DNA of 64,000 bases from Eledone cirrhosa (lineage: Eukaryota): assembly GCA_964016885.1 (NCBI GenBank), contig OZ024743.1:34844001-34908000 (forward strand). Reading direction: 5' to 3'. Positions 40,301-52,300 of this stretch are shown here, piece by piece. Numbering within the stretch: the first letter of the stretch is position 1; every line of letters starts with the position of its first letter. Below the pieces are notes generated by a model, which did not search any database, had not been told where the DNA came from, and saw nothing but the letters and a program-made list of their open reading frames with translations. A program made the translations under genes and the position numbers.

Positions 40301-43300
40301 TGGGTTGGATGGGTATGGAACACAATTGTTTCCATATTGAAATGGGTTGGATGGGTATGGAACACAATTGTTTCCATATTGAAATAGGTTGGATGGGTAT
40401 GGAACACAATTGTTTCCATATTGAAATGGGTTGGATGGGTATGGAACACAATTGTTTCCATATTGAAATGGGTTGGATGGGTATGGAACACAATTGTTTC
40501 CATATTGAAATGGGTTGGATGGGTATGGAACACAATTGTTTCCATATTGAAATGGGTTGGATGGGTATGGAACACAATTGTTTCCATATTGAAATGGGTT
40601 GGATGGGTATGGAACACAATTGTTTCCATATTGAAATAGGTTGGATGGGTATGGAACACAATTGTTTCCATATTGAAATGGGTTGGATGGGTATGGAACA
40701 CAATTGTTTCCATATTGAAATGGGTTGGATGGGTATGGAACACAATTGTTTCCATATTGAAATGGGTTGGATGGGTATGGAACACAATTGTTTCCATATT
40801 GAAATAGGTTGGATGGGTATGGAACACAATTGTTTCCATATTGAAATGGGTTGGATGGGTATGGAACACAATTGTTTCCATATTGAAATGGGTTGGATGG
40901 GTATGGAACACAATTGTTTCCATATTGAAATGGGTTGGATGGGTATGGAACACAATTGTTTCCATATTGAAATAGGTTGGATGGGTATGGAACACAATTG
41001 TTTCCATATTGAAATGGGTTGGATGGGTATGGAACACAATTGTTTCCATATTGAAATGGGTTGGATGGGTATGGAACACAATTGTTTCCATATTGAAATA
41101 GGTTGGATGGGTATGGAACACAATTGTTTCCATATTGAAATGGGTTGGATGGGTATGGAACACAATTGTTTCCATATTGAAATGGGTTGGATGGGTATGG
41201 AACACAATTGTTTCCATATTGAAATAGGTTGGATGGGTATGGAACACAATTGTTTCCATATTGAAATGGGTTGGATGGGTATGGAACACAATTGTTTCCA
41301 TATTGAAATAGGTTGGATGGGTATGGAACACAATTGTTTCCATATTGAAATGGGTTGGATGGGTATGGAACACAATTGTTTCCATATTGAAATAGGTTGG
41401 ATGGGTATGGAACACAATTGTTTCCATATTGAAATGGGTTGGATGGGTATGGAACACAATTGTTTCCATATTGAAATGGGTTGGATGGGTATGCAACACA
41501 CATGTTATAATATATAATGAAAATGATTGTGTACAGAGCTCAGGTGCATTACAACTCATCAAAAGTGCATGCATAGCACATAGAATAATGTACAAATGTC
41601 ATGAAAGTGAACAGTGTATGAGTCATGATACACACACAGACATGCATGTGTGTGTATGATGGGGGGGGGGGGGATATCAGATGTGGTATTGGCGAATTTC
41701 AGGAAGCATGACAGTTTTGTTGTGCCCAGGTGTATAAAAAACTATCAAGAATCAGGATGATTCTTTTGACTAAGCAGGAGGTCGGTTTTTGTAAGGAAGG
41801 TAAAGGTCATTTAAATCAAACCAACATATTACTAGTACTTGATCCCAGGAGGTATGAAAAACGAAGTCAGCTTGGATGAGATCTGAACACAGAATGTTGA
41901 AGGCATTTACCATTTCTGATATTGAACCCATCTAAATGAGGATTTTTAGCCAATTTTGTTAACACATTTTTTTTATTTATTGTGGTGGGTGAAGTTTAAT
42001 ATTTGAAAAAAAACTGCTCATACTTAGGATCACCAGCGTAACTGAGCTGTGCTGGACGTATACCAAAGTGAATGATGAGTGGATAAGTGATCACATCTGG
42101 TTTTAACTGCTGCCGATCAAGTTGGTCAACACGGATAGAACTTGGTTTCTGAAACAGAATGACTACACATGTAAAGCCTGTATAATAAATATCTCTGCAG
42201 CAAATATACATGTGATATTATGTTACATAGTTGTGGTTACATATATGTGATAACTGTGTATATATGTTACACCGCTGTCGTTACACAGCTACGAAAATTG
42301 TTGATAACAATGTGTACATATGTTACACAGCTATAGTTATATAGTTATCACATATGATAATAGTGTGTACATATATATATTACAGTTATGATTTGTTTTC
42401 TCCATAAGTGGTGGCTCATGGATGGCAGTGACTGGTGGTAGATAGAAAACAAAACAAAGTCACAATACCTTACATTATGTTTGAGAAACTAAACAAGTGT
42501 TAGTGTCCACGGTCTGTCACCAAGTGACCACACATACACACTCTCTCTTCTTTTCAGGTCCAGAAAACAAACAAGCCACCCTCATGCCATCAGATTCAAA
42601 GCCTCAGAGCTGCAACTATCAATGTTGGCACTATGAAAGGTAGGTCTGGTGAGACTGTAGAGGTGTTAGAGAGGAGGCATGTAGACGTGTGCTGTATGCA
42701 AGAAGTAAAATGGAGTAAAGTTTCAGCCAGACTCATCACAGACAAAGTATAAGTTCTTCTGGGAAGGTAGCAACAATGGCGTGAATGGAGTAAAAATACT
42801 ATTAGAAGAGAAATGATGGATAAGGTAATTAAGGTAGTCAGAGTCTGTAATAGGCTAATTAAATATAGATTAGCCATAAGCAACAGAAGAGCTACTATAA
42901 TATCTGCATACCTACCACATGCTGGACTGGCAGACCACTTCTATAAGGTCCTATTACAGACTACCTCAATGACAAACGATGGTGACCTTATTATCATGGT
43001 TGGTAACTTCAATGAACATGCTGGGAAACACTACAATGGCTTTTCTGAGGTCAAAAAGTCTATGGGTGTGGTAGAAGAACTGAAGAGGGGGTCTAAGCTT
43101 CTGGAGTTCTGTGATGCTTTTGACCTAACCATCTGCAACACAAACTTCAAGAAACCAGTCAGCCACCTGATTTCCTACCAATTGGGTGGACACACCAGTC
43201 AAATGTGAGAGAACTGGAGCAACACGAAATGAACATGATCCAGAAATTGAATCCATGACTTTATGATCATAAGTGCAACACCCTTACCACTAGGCCATGT

Positions 43301-46300
43301 ACCTTCACTTTGTATGTCAACTAGTTATGGTTACATAGCTAATGTATGTGAGAACTGTGTGTATATTTGTTATACATCAGCAGTTACATTACATAGCTGT
43401 GGTTACAAGCTAAGGATCTTAGAATTAAAACAAAAAACAACTATAGTGCAGAAGTACTAAAATATAAACAGTAGCAACAATAATGGAGCACTAAATATGT
43501 TAACCCTTTAGCATTTAAACCAGCCATATCCAGCCAGAATTCTCTTTCTGTTCAAACTGGCTGTATCTAGCCATTCATACTGATGTTAAGATATTGTTCT
43601 AAAATAAATAATCTCGAAATTTCATAGATTCGATATTATGTGAGATATTATATGCGATAAAGCCTTTACTGTGAAAATACAATAGTAAATATAGAATAAT
43701 GTAAATGCTGAAGAGTTAAACATGAAGAAAAACATAAAACTATGCCAGAGTTCACAACTCTCTACACAGTCTAATAAAAATATTTCTACTATAAGGCCAA
43801 CAATTTGGGGGAGGGGAAAGTCGATTAAATCGCCCCAGCATGTTACTGGTAATTTATTTTATTGACCCCGAAAGGATGAAAAGCAAAGCTAACCTCAGTG
43901 GGATTTGAACTCAAAACATAAAGGGCCATAACTCTCTGCCACGAAGCAGGTTGTCCGACGCTCTACCAATACTGCCAATCCACTGCCGTGCAGGCTAATG
44001 AAATAATAATAATAATCAGCAATACTACTCACCATTCCAGGTTTGCTGACAATCATTCCCCGAACTTCATCCACCAAGTTCTGCCACTCATTGTTGTCAT
44101 ATTTAAGTAACTGAGCAAGCTCCGTCTCTTCCAACAGAGGCTTGGAACTACCCAGCAAATACAACAGCACTTCGTTCATTGACAAGATTTCTTTACCATT
44201 GTCTGTAGCAGAAATATATACAATGATTATCATACATTAAAAATACATGCAGTGATTAATATATAATATATGAGAAATGAAGCAGGTATGCTACAATGGA
44301 TATGTGATGTCAATATGCATGAACGACAAAGCATGGATAGACTGAGAGAAAAACTGGATATATGAGGAATTAAATGTAGTACAAGAGAGAAGACTGTGCT
44401 GGTATGGATATATGATATGTATGGATGATGATTGTTGGGTGAAGAAATGCTAGGAGTTCCCAGTAAAAGGAAGCTTCAGTAGAAAGCCAAAGAAAACCAG
44501 AGCAGAGGTGATGAGAGCAGATCTCAAAACACTGAACCTGACAGAGATGATGAATTATTGCAGTAAGCAGAGAGAAGCTGTGCTAGAAAAAACTCTTGTA
44601 GCCCACGCAAGCATGGAAAAGCAGACTGAAAAGGACAATGATAATTGTGATGAAGATAAGCTTCTGCACTGTATCTGACTACCAATTTCATTCACAAGTC
44701 TGCCAAGGTTAGAGTACAAACTTGTGCAAGGTGCCACACAGTGTAATCAACCCAAAAATCACATGGCTGCAAAGCTAACTCCTTAACCCACACATATCAA
44801 TTGTAAAATAAATAACATACTACACTGAACTTAAATATTATGTAACATTCTACATTATACTTCTGCATAACTTGACTACATTATATTAAATTACACTGAC
44901 ACACACAATATGTAATTGAGTTTTGACAATAAGTATTCCATTCGTTTGATCATACACATACATATACACACTATATCTGTCGGCCATCATCATCATCGTC
45001 ATTTAACAACTATTTTCCATGCTTGCATGGACTAGACGGGCTGTCACATAAAAGTACTTGACTAGTCACCATTTTTGGCTTGGTTTCTACGACTGGATAG
45101 TCTTCCTTATGCCAACCATTTTACAGCATGTACTAGGAACATTTTATCATGCATCTGGCAATACAACCATACAGGTGCTATTGTTGTAGCTCTAGCATTA
45201 CCATCTTACAGTGTGGACTGGATGCCAGCACCAGCACTAACACCTTACAGGGTCAACCTTAAATATTACTAAACCCTCTTTGTTCACATTAAAAGAAAAA
45301 AAAATGCAGTAGCCCCATTCAACACTGCCAGCAACGGTAGCAGCAGCAACATTAGCAGCAGCAATAAGGAGATATCTGGCAAAATGGGTTCAGAAATACA
45401 GAAAGCTGCGTAGGTCAAACTCACCAGGCAATTCACGTGCAAACCGAGGCATCAGATGAAACCGACTACAACTGACTTCATCGCCAGGGCCTTTCCAGTC
45501 CAGATCTACAAGTTCTAGTATCTCATTAAAGAGGAAATGACAGACTTGATCCAGAGACCTAATGGTGAAATTCTGAAATGCAAAGAACAAAATAAACAAG
45601 GAAAAATGTAGAGAAACAAATAAGTTAGAACAGTTTAAAACTTTTAAGATACATTCATAAGGAAACTGTGGTTACAACTACTACTGCTGTTGCTGTCACT
45701 TACAATCAAGTTTGATTTAATAGAATGTAGCATCAGCACCATCATCACTATTTAACATCTATTTTTTATGCTTGCACAGGTTAGATGTGTTATCTATATG
45801 TGAGGCTGGACCAATCAGGTGACCACGTCTTGTTCATGCAATCCATTTTTGGCTTGGTTTCTGTGGCTGGATGCCCTTCTTAGTACCAACTACTTTACAG
45901 CATGTACTGGGAGCATTTTATCATGGCACCAGCACTACTACTTTACAGAGTGGACTGTATACATTTTATTATCATATTTTTAATTTTAAAAAACCATAAC
46001 TTTTATTTTTAAATAGTTTTGAAAATAATCAAGAATTTGAAATTATTTTTTAATATAAAAAAACATTCTCATTAATAAGTTGGTGTTTGAAACATAACCA
46101 AGATTCTTACATAACATTATAATGGAAAGTTTTTAGATAAATAAAAACACTTTAAAATAAACAACTTTGTATCATAGAACAAAGGGCAATTTCAAGTGTT
46201 AATCTAAAGAGAAATCTTCAAAGTGAAATGGGGACATGTGGAGAACCTCCTTTCTGTGACAGTAGAACAGTCCAAATCATGAGTCACCTGTCAGTGCATC

Positions 46301-49300
46301 CTAGGACCATTTCAGAAATAACACAAAGAATGTGAAAGGTTGCATAAAAAAAATAAAAATAATAATGGTTTCTAATTTAGGCAGAAGGCCTAAATGTGGG
46401 GAGGGGAAGTCAATTATATTGACACCAGTACTTGACTGGTATGGTGTGGTCCTGTAACTCCTGATAGAGTCATAGGGGCGCCGTATTGACATACAGCGTT
46501 TCTTGGGCATTTTAAGCCTGGCGGAACCCATCCCTTCCAGGCCCGAGTACAGCAGATTTCTTCCAGAGAGAAGAAGAATCGACCCTAGTACAAGACTGGT
46601 ACTTTTTCTATCAACCTCGAAAGGATGAAAGGCAAAGTTGACCTCGGCGAGATTTGAACTCAGAAAGCAGAGAGCTGGAACTAATACCATAAAACATTCT
46701 ATCTGATGTTCTAATGACTCTGCCAGTTCGCTGCCTATTGACTGCTACTTTATTTTAACAATTATAGAAGGATGAAAGGCGAAGTTGAGCTCAGCAGGAT
46801 TTGAACTCAGAATGTAATAATATGAATGCTACGTGAGAAAGTTATCAATTTTGAAGCAAAAATTATTAATTAAAAAAATACAAAACAAACTCACCTCTGG
46901 CATTTTCTCTTCAAAAAAATGGATTGTGTATTCAATATTAAAGCGGATCACTTTACAGACTGGAACCTAAGAGGGAGTAGAATTTGAGACCTCAAAATTA
47001 TCCAGGATATTCAGTAGAACTACTTCTACACTCTTCAAAACTTACATGCTTTCTTTCACTCGGTATGCCTATTAAGCTAATCAGCCAAAGTATACCTTTG
47101 AGAATACCATGTATTCTAAACAGCCTCAGTAGGTAGCAGTGACGAGAGAATATATACTCTTGATAAGGGGCAATAACTCCAAATCAATTGTCGCCTATTT
47201 TCTCTCTGCTACCACTGGTGCAAAAGGATGACGTCAGTCATCTAGAAAATACACATGGTGTTATGAAGCTGTTTGCTTGCAAACGAACAGAATATTAATA
47301 ATATTATTATTATTCATTCACAAATACATTATATGTAATTTTCAAATAATTTTGAAAATAATCAAGAATTTGAAGAGATTTAGTGATATAACTAACTTTT
47401 TCATTATTTATTTCCTGTCTGAAACATAATTTAACAAAATTTCTTACATATAATTATGGTAGATTTTAGTTTTGTATCATAAAACTATGGGCAGTTTCAG
47501 GTAGCTTGGTATCAAAAGGATACCACTCCTCAAACTCTTTACCATTTTCAATTACAATCCAACTACTTTCACACACACTCTCTCAGATATATCTTTCTAC
47601 AAGAGCAGATAACAGTGTCAGAGTAAAATTAACAGAGAGAGGACCCTTACATAGCCAGTAAATATTATCACCAGCAGTTATACATCCTACCATGAGATGG
47701 ACAAGACATTTCAAGGTAGTGTCTTTTACAAGCAGATGCCCTTGTAATAGAAATCGTTTTAGTCATCACAAATAACATGCAGGGATACAGTATATCTATT
47801 CTAAAAAGTAGGATACACCTGCTTAATAATTCAATGACAAGTCCTTCAACCAACATACAAGCACAGGCATAGTTATATGGTTTGGAGTTCAATTCAACTG
47901 TGTGGCACCTTGAGCAAGTGTTTTCTATTACAGCCTTGAATTAACTGTTGCCTTGTGAGTGAAATTTGATATATGGCAGCATGACCTACTAGAAATAGCA
48001 GCCAAATCTTCCCTAAATTACACCCCAACCATCTAGAAAAACAAGGGAATGACACATTAGGTTATGTAAAAATAGGACAGTCGCAGCTAGACAAGTTTCA
48101 ATCATAAGTAACAAGTCTGCACAATCAGGGTTGACTTGGGGCTAAATAACAACACTAATACATAACAACTCAATGACAAAGCACATAGCTTACGTTCTCT
48201 AACTGGTAATGAGAAAGAAGAGAAAATCCTTCAAAGATATATTCATGATTATCATGTTCAATGATGGTGGGATTTTTACTCTGAAATGATAGGAAACGTG
48301 TAAATTATGAAGACATCATCAAGAATTAAATGTAAAAGCTGAAAAATATAAATAATAATAATTTTTTACATGTCAAAATAATTTCTAATATTGGTTTCTA
48401 GTATTGGAACAAGGACACAAATATATATGAAGTGAATGGTTGATTGAATTTATCCTCAGTATACCACTGGTACTTATCAATCCTAGTAGAAGAGCTTTTA
48501 TATTGTCACTTAAAAGCTAGGCCTTTTTTCAGTATATAAACATTTAAAACTATATACACACATGCTATGTAATATAATTTACCGAACCATACAAACATGG
48601 AAAAACAGATGTATGATGATGAAGAAGGCAACTATTACATAGGTACACTTCAAAACATACACAAACACAACCCTATCAACTAAAGTGGACCAAAAGCAAT
48701 AAAAATAAAACAATATAAAGTGTACAAACCAAGAAATTTGTGGATGGTGACATGGTGATGTGATAATGGTATAATCTGTTGGCATTATTACTCTCTGAAA
48801 CACATGGGGAGATTTCCTGAAATGAAAGAGATCACAATTGATATCTGGTCAACATAAACACAAAAGCCTCCAACCCTCACTGTAAAGTAGTTGTGATGGC
48901 GACATGGCAAAACATACATAGCCCACACTGTAAAGTGGTCGTGATGGCGACATGGCAAAACATACATAGCCCACACTGTAAAGTGGTCGTGATGGTGACA
49001 TCGCAAAAAAACCCGTCAACACTGTAAAATGGTTGTTTAGGTGTCATGACAAAAAGCACCCAGCCTACGCTGTTATGTAGTCATATAGGTGTCATGACAA
49101 AAAGCACCCAGTATTCACTGTAAATGAGGTTGGCGCTAGGAAGGGCATCCAGCTGTAGAAACCAAGCCAAAATCAGTTCTTTATGAGCAAGAAATGGTCA
49201 CCTGACCTGGCATTGCTCACAAGATAACTCGTCTAATAGAAAGGGCCTCAAAGTCAACATGACAAAGACTAAGGTCCTTATAAGTAGACGAGAAAACAGA

Positions 49301-52300
49301 ACCCAGATCCCCTCAGGGAAATGGCCTTGCTCAGTATGTAGGAAAGGTGTAGGTAGGAACTCCATTCTTTGCCCCAAATGCAAACAATGGGTACACAAGA
49401 GATGTAGCGGGATCTCAGGAAGCTTAATTAAGAATGTAGGATTCACATGCAGCAGCTGTGCTGAAACAGCAAGCAAACAGCCACAGGAAACAAGTACCAC
49501 CAATCTCTGGGAGGGCCCTGTAGAAACAGTAGACAGCTTCTGCTACCTAGGTGACCGAATTAGCAACGGAGGTGGGTGCTCAGAAAGTACAATAACTAGG
49601 GTAAGAACGGGATGGAAAAAGTTTAGGGAACTACTACCACTGCTAGCTGCAAAAGGCTTCTCCCTCAGAATGAAAGGCAGACTGTATGATGCGTGTATCC
49701 GAACAGCGATGTTGCATGGTAGTGAGACCTGGGCGCTGAAGGTGGAAGACTTACGTAGATTAGAGAGAAACGAAGCCTGCATGCTCCGATGGATGTGTAA
49801 CAGTAATATACGTGAACGACAAAGCATAAATGAATTGAGAGAGAGACTGAGCATAAGAGGAATCAAATGCTGCGTGCAGGAGAGGCGGTTACGCTGGTAT
49901 GGACATGTGATGCGTATGAAGGATGACAGCTGCATAAAAAGGTGCAGAGCACTAGAAGTTGATGGAAACCGCGGAGTGGGGAGACCCAAGATGACTTGGG
50001 ATGAGGTGATAAAAGCCGACCTTACCCAACTACACCTCTCAAAGTCAATGACACACGACCGTGACTTCTGGCGTCACGCAGTAATACAGGGTACCCGACC
50101 TCCCATGGGTACATGCTGAAGCATATAAACAATATGCCCCCCCCCCCACCGCAAGGTGGTCGTGGAGGTGCCACGGCAAAAAAGCACCCAGCCCACACTG
50201 TAAAGTGGACGTGTAGGCGCCACGAAAAAGCACCCAGCACTCACTGTAAATGAGGTTGGTGTTAGGAAGGGCATCCAGCTGTAGAAATCAAGCCAGATCA
50301 GTTCCTGTATGAGCAAGGCATGGTCAGCCGACCAGACACTGCCCACAACAGGACAACCCGTCTAACCCATGCTAGCGTGGAAGAACGGACGTAAAACGGT
50401 GATGATGATGATGATGATGATGAATCCATGCCAGCGTGGGAAAATGAACATTAAACGATGATGATGATGATGCTGATGTCAATTGAATATGAAATGTGGA
50501 AGTAAGTTTCACTCTTTTAGTTAAATGTGTGTATGTGTGTGTGTGTGTGCGTGTAAGTTTATGTATTGTTAAGTTATGTAACTCATGGAGTCATAGAGGC
50601 GCTGTAATGACACATGTGTCTAGGGTATTTTAAACCTCTTCATGTCTGAACACAGCCAATTCCATTCAGAGAAAGAGAAAGAGAGAGTGATAGAGAGGAA
50701 GTGAGATAAAGATATAGAGGAAGAATCGGCCTCATATTTTTTTTATTGACCTCGAAAGGATGAAAAGCAAAGTTGGACCACGTCAGGATTTGAACTCAAA
50801 CTACAAAGCATTCCATCTGACTTTTTGCCTATGTGTAAGTGCTATATAATAAATACTATATACTGTGACACTACAAACCTCTTCTCCAGGAAATATATTA
50901 TGCCGAATTCCAGTTTTACGTGCTTTTAGGCTGCAACGACAGAGTGGTCCATCATTCATCTGAAATTATTAAAAAAATGCCACCTTTAAATAACAAACCC
51001 ACAAGAAGGAAACAAAAACAAAAAAAGATGTATTTCCCTTGAGAGATGAGTCGATGAAAACTTACTTCTCCTGGATCATTGTACCACAACTCTTCGTGCA
51101 GTCGATAGGGATGGCGTTTTTTACGGTTCAATTCTTCTAGCCACTCGTTTGTCGTCTCTTCTGAACCACTGTCATCTGTATCATCAGAATCATCTGTAGA
51201 ATCGTCTGCAGAAATAGGAAGGAATTAAAGAGGGTGATTATTTGCCCTACTGGTAATCACTGTCCCATCATTATTTGGTGGGATTTGGAGGGGCTGTCTA
51301 AGAAACAAACTTTTCTTACCGACTGAACAATGCCTGTTTGTATGAAAAGTCCAAGTCGTCACCTCACTGGCTGGAAAATGGTGAAAAAGGCAAAGAAATA
51401 TAAATACAACTATCAAATATAACTTTAATCAATTGAAACAGAAATGGAAACACCAAGACTATTATTATTACTATTATCATAATCTGCTTTTTATATCAAG
51501 TTTCAGAATTGATTGAGAAGAGTTGGAATATAACTTTTTAATCTAGTGAATACTGTTTTTAATCTAGTGAATGCTGTTTTTAATCTAGTGAATGCTGTTT
51601 TTAATCTAATGCATGCTGTTTTTAATCTAATGAATGCTGTTTTTAATCTGAATGCTGTTTTTAATCTAGTGAATGCTGTTTTTAATCTAATGAAATCTGT
51701 TTTTAATCTAGTGAATGCTGTTTTTAATCTAGTGAATGCTGTTTCTAATCTAGTGGATGCTGTTTTTAATCTAGTGAATGCTGTTTTAAATCTAATGAAT
51801 GCTGTTTTTAATCTAGTGAATGCTGTTTTTAATCTAATGAATGCTGTTTTTAATCTAGTGAATGCTGTTTCAATCTAGTGAATGCTGTTTTTAATCTAGT
51901 GAATGCTGTTTTTAATCTAGTGAATGCTGTTTTTAATCTAATGAATGCTGTTTTTAATCTAGTGAATGCTGTTTTTAATCTAATGAAATCTGTTTTTAAT
52001 CTAGTGAATGCTGTTTTTAATCTAGTGAATGCTGTTTTTAATCTAGTGAATGCTGTTTCTAATCTAGTGGATGCTGTTTTTAATTTAGTGAATGTTGTTT
52101 TAATCTAATGAATGCTGTTTTTAATCTAGTAAATGCTGTTTTAATCTAGTGAATGCTGTTTTTAATCTAATGAATGCTGTTTTTAATCTAGTGAATGCTG
52201 TTTTTAATCTAATGAATGCTGTTTTTAATCTAGTGAATGCTGTTTTTAATCTAGTGAATGCTGTTTTTAATCTAGTGAATGCTGTTTCTAATCTAGTGGA

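Noticed and set aside
29620-41500. CRISPR-like array (palindromic repeat at regular spacing)
   Set aside because: No unique spacers, the units are head-to-tail identical, the context is a eukaryotic intron and there are no cas genes.
29620-41500. Tandem pri-miRNA cluster
   Set aside because: Per-unit stems are only about 10 bp, too short for Microprocessor substrates, and no recognisable miRNA is present.
29462-41659. ORFs of up to about 4000 aa in several frames ([28 protein letters not shown] and others)
   Set aside because: They are translations of a stop-free 42-bp unit, open in several frames on both strands at once, and lie inside a drosha intron with no coding signature.
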